Source: Verrucomicrobiia bacterium
GTDB taxonomy: Bacteria > Verrucomicrobiota > Verrucomicrobiia > Limisphaerales > UBA1319
Assembly (NCBI GenBank): GCA_963664225.1
Contig: OY760937.1
Location: 5,696,001 to 5,760,000 of the forward strand
DNA: 64,000 bases
Direction of reading: 5' to 3'
Part shown: positions 20,249-30,356 of the stretch, one piece after another
Numbering within the stretch: position 1 is the stretch's first letter
Layout of the letters: every line of letters begins with the position of its first letter
Notes under the pieces: model-generated
What the model was told of the DNA's origin: nothing
The model's database searches: none
The model's input: only the letters and a program-made list of their open reading frames with translations
Program-made: the position numbers and the translations under genes

Positions 20249-22729
20249 CTATTTATCTGCAATAGGTTTAAAACCGCTAACGAGGTTCCAATAGGCGCGG
20301 TCCAGATCGTAAACATTCACGGGCGACGCGCTGTCGTCCAGGTCCGGGGCGAGGACGCCGAAGCGTTTCATTTCACGCACATAAGCGGCGGTCGGCTTGA
20401 AATCAGGCATGTCGAAGCGCCCGATTTTCTTAAGCTGGCGCTGGCCCGCCTCACACATGGCCAGGAGTTTCTGATAATCAGGATCGTTGCGATCCTTAAA
20501 GACGATGACCGGTTGTTTGTTCTGGTCGAGACAAGCGCCATAGCCGCCTTCGCTTTTTTCCAGAGGCCCGAGGAGGATGAGCGATTTCTCCGGGCGGCTC
20601 AGATTATAGACCATGTGGCGGCTGAGATTGAGGCGGGGATCGTTAAAATCCGGCCGCCAAAATGAAACATCCCGTTCGTCGGAAAGGACTCGAGGCAGAG
20701 TCCAACTTTTGATGTGACACGAGGCGCAGCGGCGATCGATGACATCGGCGGCGGCTTTGGATTCGGGCCAGTTTTTATCGGCATCGTTCTCCTGGTTTTC
20801 GTGGTAACCGCCGATCATCCCGCAACCCAATGCGGCATAAGTGCCGGGGTAGGGGGCGCCGGATTCAATCCAGTAACGCACTTTCTCGAAGTCTTCAGAC
20901 GATGCCTTAACGTCATGATGGCTACCGTTGAACTTGGTCATCAGAGGACTGGCCGTCGCGCCGATTTTTCGGGGCGCCAGATTGCTCTTGGGATCATTGC
21001 GACCATCCACAACTTGATGGCGACAAGTGAGGGTGTAATAGCTGTGGGAATACATGGGGCCGTGATCGCCAGTGAGAATAACGCGTCCGTCCCGGCGGTC
21101 ATAATCGTGGCAACGCACGCAGTAGCGATCCAGAATGGGCTGGATATCGCGAGGGAAATCAAAGACATCGGGAATGCCTGAGACGGGCGTGATGGCACTG
21201 GCTGCCCGACGCGATGCCAGGGGCATTTCGTTTTTGGAAATGGTCGGCGCCTGAGCGCGATTTTCGTGGCAGCCGACACAGCCCATGGTTTCCCCGGGCA
21301 TCACGGATAAAAAGCTCTGCATGCGTTTTATCGAGTTGCCGTGTTCATCCAGGGCGATCAGAAACAGGCTGCGCAAGGCGGGGACATCAAAATACGCGGA
21401 GCCATCGGCCTCAACGGGGACCGTGCCCAGGATTCGCTCCAAAGTGAAGGTGCCGCCATAGGAGAGCGGTTCCATGCCGCCCGTGTAATTAATGGGCTTG
21501 GGGAGGGACTCCACGACGAGCAGCTTTTTGACTTCACCGGACTTGACTCCTCCCATATTGCGGCCCGTTCGCACGTTGGACAGTAAAAGCGATCCAGTGG
21601 ATCTGGTGTAATCTACGCGCGGTTGGACCACTTTTTCCAGCGGACGTGAAGCCAAAGGGCGGGGTTCGTGGCACCAGATTTCCTTCGACGCCAAATCATT
21701 GGGGAGACGGTATAATTCCCGCACTTCACCCTGCTCGTTGACGACCACGATGCGCGAGTTTTGAGCCGCCAGAAACTGGCCCTGGCCCAAGGGGTAGGGG
21801 TCCCGGAAATCATCGGTCTTTGTAATGCGACGCGCGGAGGGAAGATCGTCCGGACCCTTCTGTGGCGAAACGATGGTCAGGGCGCCCGCATGTTCCCGCT
21901 GGCCGTGACCCGCCGAAAAAACAGACATGATGGTGTCCGTGCCGGGAATGGGTTTGGCATCGATCATGACCGTGCCGGGATGCAGGTTGCCGTAATAGAC
22001 CATTTGACCGGTGCCATCGGGATTCGAAGTCCATAGATGATGATAATCGACCTGGCTGCGATCGACATATTCCCAGCGAGTGTAAAGAATGCGACCGTCG
22101 GGCAGGGGCCATGGTGTGTTGTCCTGCTCAATATTTGCGGAAATCTGGCGAATGTTTCCCCCGGAGCGATCGCAACGGTGGAGGACGGCAACTTGAGTTA
22201 GCCAGCAATTCACCCACCGGCGGCACCGGCTGGAAACGAAGAAGATATCGCCGTCGGGTAGATAGGAGGGTTCGAAATCATCGTAGGGGCCATCGGTGAG
22301 TTGCTTCAAACCCGTGCCATCGGATTGAATTTCATAAAGGTGATAGGCGTCCGTGCCGCCTTTACGGTAGGAAAAGAGAATGGTCCGTCCGTCATAATGC
22401 ACCTGGGGATCGCGGATGGCGCCCTCGGGATCGCAGATCAGGTCGGTGGTTTTGCCTGTCGTGAGATTCAAACGGCACAGGCGCCCTTGCGCTCGAAACG
22501 CCTTGCGTTCGGTGCTGTCCGCATAATAACCAAAATTGGCATACCAGTGGCCGTCATAATTCATTTGCCGGGTGGCAAAAATGATTTCGGTTATGTTGGC
22601 GGGCAGGGCGGAATTTTCAGCGGCGGCAGCAGTCGAATGGACGCCACAGACCAATAGGAATACGCTTACGAGGGCAACGCAAAATACGGCCAAATTGCGT
22701 CTGCAGAAGCTGAGTAAGCTGTTCTTCAT
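20249..22729 (-). CDS. Secreted HzsA-related beta-propeller protein with c-type heme motifs
   Basis: Signal peptide, TolB-like propeller repeats (DGRILYTRWEY, NPDGTGQ), LGTVPVEADGSAYF middle domain, and CVGCH, CVRCH and CASCH. Confidence 0.75.
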   Translation of the reverse strand: MKNSLLSFCRRNLAVFCVALVSVFLLVCGVHSTAAAAENSALPANITEIIFATRQMNYDGHWYANFGYYADSTERKAFRAQGRLCRLNLTTGKTTDLICDPEGAIRDPQVHYDGRTILFSYRKGGTDAYHLYEIQSDGTGLKQLTDGPYDDFEPSYLPDGDIFFVSSRCRRWVNCWLTQVAVLHRCDRSGGNIRQISANIEQDNTPWPLPDGRILYTRWEYVDRSQVDYHHLWTSNPDGTGQMVYYGNLHPGTVMIDAKPIPGTDTIMSVFSAGHGQREHAGALTIVSPQKGPDDLPSARRITKTDDFRDPYPLGQGQFLAAQNSRIVVVNEQGEVRELYRLPNDLASKEIWCHEPRPLASRPLEKVVQPRVDYTRSTGSLLLSNVRTGRNMGGVKSGEVKKLLVVESLPKPINYTGGMEPLSYGGTFTLERILGTVPVEADGSAYFDVPALRSLFLIALDEHGNSIKRMQSFLSVMPGETMGCVGCHENRAQAPTISKNEMPLASRRAASAITPVSGIPDVFDFPRDIQPILDRYCVRCHDYDRRDGRVILTGDHGPMYSHSYYTLTCRHQVVDGRNDPKSNLAPRKIGATASPLMTKFNGSHHDVKASSEDFEKVRYWIESGAPYPGTYAALGCGMIGGYHENQENDADKNWPESKAAADVIDRRCASCHIKSWTLPRVLSDERDVSFWRPDFNDPRLNLSRHMVYNLSRPEKSLILLGPLEKSEGGYGACLDQNKQPVIVFKDRNDPDYQKLLAMCEAGQRQLKKIGRFDMPDFKPTAAYVREMKRFGVLAPDLDDSASPVNVYDLDRAYWNLVSGFKPIADK

Positions 22730-22797
22730 GTGAATGGTTTATTTCAGGACATTATGCCCGGGATGACAAGCCGTAAAACGATTGTATGGCACAAAAA

Positions 22798-22830
22798 AAC
22801 ACGATCCGGCGCATGAGGCCAAATCGTGTT
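22798..22830 (-). terminator. Probable terminator downstream of glgB
   Basis: AACACGAT...ATCGTGTT stem with an adjacent A tract, which is a T tract on the minus strand. Confidence 0.45.
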
Positions 22831-22910
22831 ATTCCATAATGGGCTGCATGAGCCCATGCGGTCGTTTTACTCCAAGGCGCCGAACTCCGAGCGAATGCGT
22901 TTGGGATCGT

Positions 22911-25109
22911 TTAACCTTCGCTCTTAAAAACGGAAATGCTCAAGGGTGGCAGAGTGATCGAAGCGGACCAGTTTTGGTGGTGGCAAGGAACTTCTTCCGC
23001 AGTGACACCGCCGAGGTTTCCCTGGTTGCTGCCTCCAAAAACCGAGGAATCGCTATTGAGCACTTCCCGCCAAAAACCGGGGCAGGGCAGACCGATCCGA
23101 TAATGGTGTCGTGTCACCGGGGTCAGGTTCAGAACGATCAGCAAGCGTTTGGTGCAATTCTTGTTCTGGCGCACAAAAGAAAGCACGCTGTTCTCGTGGT
23201 CCGTGCAATCCAGCCAATAAAAACCGACAGTGTCATAGTCCGCCTCCCAAATGGCGGACTCGTTTTTGTAGAGTGCGTTAAGATCTTGTAGAAATTTCTG
23301 TGTTCCCTTATGGAACGGGCCCGCTTCCAAAAGAGGCCAGTCAATGCTGGCATTTGGATTCCACTCGGAGCTCTGGCCGATTTCGTCGCCCATGAAGACC
23401 AGCTTTTTACCGGGAAACAGCCATTGATACCCCAACAAGAGACGTAGATTGGCGAATTTTTGCCAATCGTCACCCGGCATTTTGCCAATCAGGGAACCTT
23501 TGCCATGGACAATTTCGTCGTGCGACAAGGGCAGGACGAAATTCTCGTGGTAGTGGTAGAGCATTGCGAACGTGAGATCGTTCTGATGAAATTTCCGAAA
23601 GACGGGATCCAGGCTGAAATAGCGGAGGGTGTCGTGCATCCATCCCATGTTCCATTTCAAGGTGAATCCAAGACCGCCGAGGTATGGGGGTCGGCTCACC
23701 TGAGGCCATGCGGTGGATTCCTCAGCGATCATCATCACACCCGGATGCTCGGTTTGCACCAGGTGATTGACGTGTTTCAGAAAAGCCACTGCCTCGAGGT
23801 TCTCCCGACCGCCGTATTGATTGGGGATCCACTCGCCAGGATTGCGGGAATAATCCAGATAAAGCATAGAGGCGACGGCGTCCACGCGCAAACCATCGAT
23901 ATGAAAGCGTTCACACCAAAAGAGGGCGTTTGCGGTGAGAAAGTTGCGTACTTCATTTCTGCCGTAATTGAATATAAGGGTGCCCCAGTCCTGATGAGCG
24001 CCCTGGCGGGGATCCTCGTGTTCGAAAAGCGCTGTGCCATCAAAACGCGCCAGGGCCCAGGTATCCCTTGGGAAATGGGCCGGCACCCAATCAATCAGAA
24101 CTCCAATGCCGGCTTCGTGGAAGGCGTTGACCAGGTATTGGAAATCGTCCGGCGTTCCGTAGCGGGATGTAGGGGCGAAAAAACCGGTGACCTGGTAGCC
24201 CCAGGAAGGGAAGTAGGCGTGCTCGGCTACAGGCAGGAATTCGACATGCGTGAATCCCATTTTTCGGACGTAATCGACCATGGGTTGCGCAATTTCGCGA
24301 AAGCTGGGGGATTCGCCCATGCTTTTCTTCATCCAGGAACCAAGATGAACCTCGTAAATGCTGATGGCGGAGGATAGCGGTTTCCATTCCTGCCTGCGCT
24401 TCAGCCAGGCTCCGTCGGTCCATGCGAATTTGGAATTGTCCCAAACGACGGAAGCGGTTTTCGGCGGGATTTCAAAGAGGAATCCGAAGGGATCGGTCTT
24501 GAGCATCAGTTGGTCATGCGCATCCTTGATCTCAAATTTATAACAGGCACCGGCCGTAACGCCTGGAATAAATATTTCCCAAATTCCCGAGGATCCCACC
24601 AGACGCATGGGATGGACGCGGCCATCCCAGTTATTAAAAATTCCCACAACGCTGACCCGTTTGGCATTGGGAGCCCAGACAGCAAAGCTTGCACCATGAA
24701 CGCCATCGATAACCCGCAAATGAGCGCCCAGTTTGTCATGAATGAGGTGCTCGTTGCCTTGGGCAAAAAGATACAAGTCGGTTTCGCCCAAAGTGGGCAG
24801 GAAAGAGAACGGATCACGAAATTGCCGTGTCTGGCCCTGTTCGTCGGTGACGATCAGGTCATAGGCGTAAACGCGCTTGGAATCCTGGCAAACACCTTCG
24901 AACAGGCCGGTTTTGTGAATTCTCTTGAGCTTGAAGCGTGGCTTCGAGGATTCATGCACGGGAACCACTTCCACTTGCGCCGCACCCGGTTGCATGGATC
25001 GCACAACGATACCGGAACCATCCCCCAGAGGATGCATGCCAAGGAGTTGATGCGGGGATTGATGCCGCACTTGAACCAGACTATCCCGTTCCTGCGCAGT
25101 TAAAAGCAT
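22911..25109 (-). CDS. glgB: 1,4-alpha-glucan branching enzyme
   Basis: FAVWAPNA, IYEVHLGSW, SWGYQ, DWVPAHF, DGLRVDAVASM, AEEST and LSHDE. Start placed at MLLTAQE. Confidence 0.96.
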   Translation of the reverse strand: MLLTAQERDSLVQVRHQSPHQLLGMHPLGDGSGIVVRSMQPGAAQVEVVPVHESSKPRFKLKRIHKTGLFEGVCQDSKRVYAYDLIVTDEQGQTRQFRDPFSFLPTLGETDLYLFAQGNEHLIHDKLGAHLRVIDGVHGASFAVWAPNAKRVSVVGIFNNWDGRVHPMRLVGSSGIWEIFIPGVTAGACYKFEIKDAHDQLMLKTDPFGFLFEIPPKTASVVWDNSKFAWTDGAWLKRRQEWKPLSSAISIYEVHLGSWMKKSMGESPSFREIAQPMVDYVRKMGFTHVEFLPVAEHAYFPSWGYQVTGFFAPTSRYGTPDDFQYLVNAFHEAGIGVLIDWVPAHFPRDTWALARFDGTALFEHEDPRQGAHQDWGTLIFNYGRNEVRNFLTANALFWCERFHIDGLRVDAVASMLYLDYSRNPGEWIPNQYGGRENLEAVAFLKHVNHLVQTEHPGVMMIAEESTAWPQVSRPPYLGGLGFTLKWNMGWMHDTLRYFSLDPVFRKFHQNDLTFAMLYHYHENFVLPLSHDEIVHGKGSLIGKMPGDDWQKFANLRLLLGYQWLFPGKKLVFMGDEIGQSSEWNPNASIDWPLLEAGPFHKGTQKFLQDLNALYKNESAIWEADYDTVGFYWLDCTDHENSVLSFVRQNKNCTKRLLIVLNLTPVTRHHYRIGLPCPGFWREVLNSDSSVFGGSNQGNLGGVTAEEVPCHHQNWSASITLPPLSISVFKSEG

Positions 25110-25358
25110 ACTTTTTATTATGCCAGCAAAATTTAAAAAAGCACGAAAAAACGGCCTGGATCGATTATCTTCCTGTATAGAACACGGGAAAGGCCCGCCG
25201 CATTGGCCAATAAAACGATTTTTGCGATATTTTGATCCCAAAGTTTCTTCGTTCATGGGATCGTTGATCAAATCCTATCCATCGGTGGCTCCACATAACT
25301 TGAATGGTCTGAACGTTTTTTGTTTGAAAAATGCGCGTTTGAAATGCAGCGTTCACGC

Positions 25359-26486
25359 ATGATGAATTTGAACCTGACCGCCCTGGCTGCGGAATTTAAT
25401 AAAAGGGCTGGCGAATTATCCGGGATGCGTGTGACTGCGGGTTTCGACGGTTTTGTCGATGAAATCATCTCGGTGGTTCAAGAGCGAAAGGGGCTTGACC
25501 AGTGGACCGCGATGTCCGACATCACCAGTTTTGGAAATTGGATCAAGGCGGCTGCGGGCCGGAGCAGCCTGCGTGAAATTATTGTCCACCGGGCCGATCC
25601 GGGAGGATGCACTGTAAACATGGGAGACGGCCTTGCCGCTCTGGGGATCCAGATAGACGCCTTCGCGACACTGGGCCAGCCGACGCATGGTGCGTTCGCG
25701 GATTTTGCAGCCAAATGTCATAGCTGCCATTCCTGGGGCAGGGAACCTGGACGAACGCTTGCCTTTGAATTCGCCGATGGAAAATTGATGTTCAGCGCCG
25801 TGACCCAATTGGCCGAATTCGATCCCGACATGCTGGATAAGGTTCTGGCGGATGGAACTTATCTGCGCGCCTGCCAGCAGGCCCGACTGGTGGCCTTGAC
25901 CGATTGGACGCTCTACCCGCACATGACCGCTTGCTGGCGCAAGCTTCAAACTGAAGTTTATGGCAAGCTGACACACCGCCCATTTTATTATCTGGATCTA
26001 GTGGATCCAACGAGCCGGTCTGAAGCGGACATTCGGGCCATGATCGAAGCGATACCTGGCTTTGAAAGAAGCGGTGCCACCGTTTTGGGGCTTAATGGAA
26101 ATGAGGCAAACGTGCTTTCACGCCTCCTGGACCTGCCCGAAGTGCATGAGGACGCACAAGCCATCCGGGACCAGGCAGAACGATTGAGGAAGAAACTGGG
26201 TATCAGCCAGGTGGTGATCCATTGCATGAAAGTGGCCGCTCGCGCTGATCAGGAGGCCGCGGTGGTTGTTCAGGGGCCTTTCTGCGCGAAACCTAAAAAG
26301 AGCACCGGCGCGGGAGATCGATTCAATGCGGGCTACTGTTCCGGATTGCTTCTGAATCTATCCCCGATCGATTGCCTTCTTTTGGGATCGGCTTGCTCGG
26401 GCTTTTTTGTGCGCAACGCGCGCAGCGCGTCCGCAGCCGAACTCGGAAAATTCATGGAATCATGGGCCGAAGGGAAGGTGGATTGA
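25359..26486 (+). CDS. PfkB family carbohydrate kinase
   Basis: GFDGFVD, NGNEA and STGAGDRFNAG. Confidence 0.85.
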   Translation: MMNLNLTALAAEFNKRAGELSGMRVTAGFDGFVDEIISVVQERKGLDQWTAMSDITSFGNWIKAAAGRSSLREIIVHRADPGGCTVNMGDGLAALGIQIDAFATLGQPTHGAFADFAAKCHSCHSWGREPGRTLAFEFADGKLMFSAVTQLAEFDPDMLDKVLADGTYLRACQQARLVALTDWTLYPHMTACWRKLQTEVYGKLTHRPFYYLDLVDPTSRSEADIRAMIEAIPGFERSGATVLGLNGNEANVLSRLLDLPEVHEDAQAIRDQAERLRKKLGISQVVIHCMKVAARADQEAAVVVQGPFCAKPKKSTGAGDRFNAGYCSGLLLNLSPIDCLLLGSACSGFFVRNARSASAAELGKFMESWAEGKVD

Positions 26487-26513
26487 GCAAAGGCTCTCCC
26501 TTTTTATGACAGC

Positions 26514-26542
26514 AAAAAAGCCCGGTTAAACCGGGCTTTTTT
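26514..26542. terminator. Bidirectional intrinsic terminator
   Basis: AAAAAAGCCCGGTTAAACCGGGCTTTTTT between convergent genes. Confidence 0.85.
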
Positions 26543-26564
26543 CGTTCAGACAAAACATTGACCC

Positions 26565-28043
26565 TTATTGGGCGCCGTGGCAGGAGAAGCAATCCGGATC
26601 GGTTCCTTCAGATGCGGTATCCGGATGAGCGAACTTAAAGCCCGCCGAATTGAATTTCTTAAGTTCGTCCCCGCTGCCCTGGGCGATGATGATATGGCAA
26701 TCATTGCATCCGCTGGCTTCGACTTTGCGTTTGCCGTCGGCGGCGATATGCTTTCCATCGTGGCATCGGAAACATCCAGGCCAGGTCTTGTGGCCGATGT
26801 TATCAGGATAGGAACGCCAATCGGCCTTCATTTCCGGGAAGATGCTGTTGCGGGAGATTTGTTGAGCCTCGCTGATCACCGATTCAATGCGTTTTTCGTT
26901 GGGATAAGCTTTTCGCAATGTGATGGCGATGTATTCCATGGCCGCAGACTCCGTTGCGTTGGTATGGCTCAGGATGGCCACAAGATTGGACTTAATGAGA
27001 GGAATTCCCGCGTCAATCCGGCTCGTGCTTATGGCCAGATCGACGGAATCCTGAGGCGCACGGAATTGATGCGCCGGGCGGTTGTGGCAATCGAGGCAAT
27101 CCATCGTGTGAGTTTTGTATTTGGAGGGATCGTCCTTGAAATCCGCCGTGCGAAATTCGGTGACGACACCTTTGGGATCCGTCATTCGGATCCATTGGAT
27201 GGACTGCTTGTTGTCATTGGTGGAAATGAATTCCACCTTGTTGCCGATGTTCATGTGCCAGTGAATGCCGCCCACAGGGCCGTGGGTGGGATCCCCGCCG
27301 CCCACGTTCATGAGGAGGCGAAAAGTGGCGGGAGTGTTGGTCTCATCGGAAAGGTAATGGGCATAATTGCGATCCAGGCTTCCCACGAATTTCTTGGGCC
27401 AGTGGCACTGCTCGCAAGTTTCCTGTGCGGGACGGAGGTTATGAGGAGTGCCGATGGGACGATCGAAATTATTGCGGATAGTCCCCACCAATTGATTCAC
27501 ACCGTTGAGCTTGGCCTTTACAAAGGAAACAGCGCCGGGACCGACATGACACTCGGTGCAGCCAACCCTGGCATGGGGAGAATTCAGATAGGTGGTGTGT
27601 TCAGGCTTCATCGGTTCATGGCAGGTCTGACCGCAAAAGGCGACCGATTCCGCAAAATGATAGGACTCATAGCTTCCCACCGCCGAAACAAGCAGAAATA
27701 CCGCGCTGCAGATGGCAAAAATGACCAGATTGCGCCGATCGCGGGCCTTCGAAAAATCGATTGTAATGAGTGGCATCTCGGCGTTGGCCGCATTCTTGAT
27801 GATCCGGCGGCGCTGTAAAAACCAGCCCACCAGGATAAGAAAAACGCCAAAGGCCAGAAAGCCGGGGGCCACTATGAAGGTTAGAATGCCAAGGTACGGA
27901 TTGGGATCTTTAGCCAGAAGATCGATGAAGAATAACAGGATAAAACTGAATAAACTCCCAATTGCAACGACTAAACCAATAAGGCTTAACCAGTTACGAA
28001 AAGCCGAAACGTGCGTGCTTGTTTTAGATGTGGTATCACTCAT
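26565..28043 (-). CDS. NapC/NirT family membrane-anchored multiheme cytochrome c
   Basis: Three TM helices. Heme motifs FCGQTCH, CTECH, CEQCH, CLDCH, CFRCH, CNDCH and CFSCH. Confidence 0.85.
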   Translation of the reverse strand: MSDTTSKTSTHVSAFRNWLSLIGLVVAIGSLFSFILLFFIDLLAKDPNPYLGILTFIVAPGFLAFGVFLILVGWFLQRRRIIKNAANAEMPLITIDFSKARDRRNLVIFAICSAVFLLVSAVGSYESYHFAESVAFCGQTCHEPMKPEHTTYLNSPHARVGCTECHVGPGAVSFVKAKLNGVNQLVGTIRNNFDRPIGTPHNLRPAQETCEQCHWPKKFVGSLDRNYAHYLSDETNTPATFRLLMNVGGGDPTHGPVGGIHWHMNIGNKVEFISTNDNKQSIQWIRMTDPKGVVTEFRTADFKDDPSKYKTHTMDCLDCHNRPAHQFRAPQDSVDLAISTSRIDAGIPLIKSNLVAILSHTNATESAAMEYIAITLRKAYPNEKRIESVISEAQQISRNSIFPEMKADWRSYPDNIGHKTWPGCFRCHDGKHIAADGKRKVEASGCNDCHIIIAQGSGDELKKFNSAGFKFAHPDTASEGTDPDCFSCHGAQ

Positions 28044-28292
28044 ATTGCGAATGAGGGTTATTTTCCCGAAATAAGGACCAACGTAAAGGCCAAAATACCG
28101 GGATTATTCATCCGCTGCTTTTACCTGGAAGTATCTCTCATGGATTGGAGTCCCCGGAGCTTGATTTGTCATTGTGGCCGCAAATTGAGCCAAACAACGT
28201 GAAAGCAGAGTTCTGAGGTCAAAGGATTTATGTCAGACTTGCCGACTGGTTTTTCTTGGCCAGCCTTCTTAAATTTGAAAGTATCTGATCCC

Positions 28293-30290
28293 ATGAGATG
28301 TAATTCAAATCCGGCGTGTGGACATTCAATTGTATCGGGGGGGCTGGCCGTTATTTCCAGTAAAATAGGGCTATTAGCCCTCGTATTGGCCGGGTTGGCA
28401 GGCCTCTGTTCACTGGCAGAGGCGGCAAATGAAAGTCCCGAGCCAGTGCTTCAAGCAGGCGGAAGAGATCATTCAGTCCGTCCACAGGCAATTTACACAT
28501 TTGATGCGCACAGTTTGCGGCGGTTCGATGCCACAAAACCGGCTGAAATTGCAAAAATATGGGATTCCTGCCATGTGCTGACTGCGATTCAAGGTCTGGC
28601 CAATCGTGAACGTCCACAACTTTACGTTTTTTATTGCGAGGAATTCGGGGTGGATACGGATCACTTTTGGTTTGATTGGTTTCGCGGAGAGGACGGGTGG
28701 TTGGCCGGGGCTGGAGTCAAGCCATTGCGCAATTTAGCCGAAACCGTTCGGGCCTTCCGGAATGTTGTGAATGGATTGGTTGTTTATGATCCAGCCGTTC
28801 CCGCAACCGCCAATGTGGCCTCCACGGCCGCCGGGTGTGCAAGTTTGATCCCGGTGCGTTACGATCCGACGCCCGGCAGCATCTATACGCTGTTGACCGG
28901 GGAATTGAAACTTCCTGTGAAATTGTGGCTGATCAATCCGGACGGCACATCGAAATTCACCGGCAAGGGCGTTTTGCCGGATTTTGATGTGCCATCGAGT
29001 GGCAGCGCCAAGACGGATGCCTACCGGTGGGCGATCCGGCGATTCCTCCAACCCGGCCAGTGCGATGCGCGGTATGCGGCTTATTATATCGATTCGTATT
29101 GGATGAAGATGGCCCGCAACGGCGGTCCTGATTTGCATACACTCTCCAATCACGACTATTTCATCAGCCGGAAGGCCTTCTTTTTTGACCTGTCGCCATG
29201 GGGCGATGAGCTTCCGAATGACGATCCGAATCAACCCATGGGCCTCGATCGGAAGGTATTTCTGGAGGTTCTAAATGCGCTATACCTGGCCGCCAATGGG
29301 GAGATCATCAAGGTGGGAGGATTCCCTCCCTGGCCCTACAAATATACAAACCACGGCCAGGTTGGTGGAAAACATGAGGGCGTGCCCACGGAATGGGAAT
29401 TTGGGAGGATAATCTCACAATTCAACGGATACATGGAGGCCGATGCCGCAGGATTGTCCGCCATCGCCAATGCCTCCTTTGCGCGGCATTATCCGCTGGC
29501 GGAGCGCTATGCCCAGCCCAATGCCAGGCCTTCATTTGAGACCTGGAGAAAGCGCGGTTATCTCACCACTTCAGGCAAGGTGGCTCCGAAGCTATATCTG
29601 GGATATTACGTGGGTGACTACGACGCGCCATCCTGGCTTTATAAAGCGGTGCCAGCCTTTTTCAAGGATCCCACCCGGGGCTCGGTGCCGCTGGGGTGGG
29701 CATTTGATCCGAACCTATCCGATCGCGCGCCGCAAGCATTGGTATATGCCTACCGATATGCCACGACCAATGACTATTTCATCGCGGGCGATTCGGGCGC
29801 CGGTTATCTGAATGTGCGGGGTCTGACCGAAAGACCTGACTCAGGGTTGCCCCCGGGTCTTCAGGCGTGGGTGAATCACTGCAAAAAGTATTATGCGTTG
29901 TGGGATATGAGTATCACCGGCTTTGTGCTCGATGGCTCTGCGGGAGCCGCCACGGCGAGTGATTTTGCCGCTTATCGCACTTTCAGCCCGAACGGAGCGG
30001 GCACTCATTTCGAAGCGGGACCAAGCCTTAAATCCGGGCTGCCGACATGTCGGGAAACGGATCTGCCTGATTCACCCGAGGCTGCGGTCGAAGCGATTCG
30101 GAGCCAGGCTTCCAAATTAAATGGCGAACCCGGTTTTCTTTGGGCCAGGACGATCCTTCGTTCGCCAAAATACTATTTGGATATCGCCAAAATATTGGAG
30201 GAAAAATACCCGGACCTCGCGGTGGAAGTGGTGGATCCCTACACCTTTTTCGGCCTGATCAAGCGGCATTTCCAGCAAAAAGGCCAATAA
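28293..30290 (+). CDS. GxGYxYP-like putative glycoside hydrolase, secreted
   Basis: IQGLANR, GLVVYDP, YVGDYD, PLGWAF and GDSGAGYLN. Hydrophobic N-terminal segment. Start uncertain (28230 or 28293). Confidence 0.6.
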   Translation: MRCNSNPACGHSIVSGGLAVISSKIGLLALVLAGLAGLCSLAEAANESPEPVLQAGGRDHSVRPQAIYTFDAHSLRRFDATKPAEIAKIWDSCHVLTAIQGLANRERPQLYVFYCEEFGVDTDHFWFDWFRGEDGWLAGAGVKPLRNLAETVRAFRNVVNGLVVYDPAVPATANVASTAAGCASLIPVRYDPTPGSIYTLLTGELKLPVKLWLINPDGTSKFTGKGVLPDFDVPSSGSAKTDAYRWAIRRFLQPGQCDARYAAYYIDSYWMKMARNGGPDLHTLSNHDYFISRKAFFFDLSPWGDELPNDDPNQPMGLDRKVFLEVLNALYLAANGEIIKVGGFPPWPYKYTNHGQVGGKHEGVPTEWEFGRIISQFNGYMEADAAGLSAIANASFARHYPLAERYAQPNARPSFETWRKRGYLTTSGKVAPKLYLGYYVGDYDAPSWLYKAVPAFFKDPTRGSVPLGWAFDPNLSDRAPQALVYAYRYATTNDYFIAGDSGAGYLNVRGLTERPDSGLPPGLQAWVNHCKKYYALWDMSITGFVLDGSAGAATASDFAAYRTFSPNGAGTHFEAGPSLKSGLPTCRETDLPDSPEAAVEAIRSQASKLNGEPGFLWARTILRSPKYYLDIAKILEEKYPDLAVEVVDPYTFFGLIKRHFQQKGQ

Positions 30291-30300
30291 AAGCACCTGG

Positions 30301-30328
30301 GAGCCTGTTCGACGCCCGGACAGGCTCT
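30301..30328. terminator. Hairpin between convergent genes
   Basis: GAGCCTGT...ACAGGCTC. Confidence 0.45.
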
Positions 30329-30356
30329 CTAAATGGGACGGGAGGTCAGCAGACGA

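Noticed and set aside
20249..22729. Anammox hydrazine synthase
   Set aside because: No beta or gamma subunits or other anammox genes are present. Only domain-level resemblance.
26568..27818. 416-aa plus-strand ORF
   Set aside because: Antisense to the cytochrome c gene. The similar shadows at 7454-8383, 9779-10573, 15999-16931 and 23460-24377 were rejected for the same reason.
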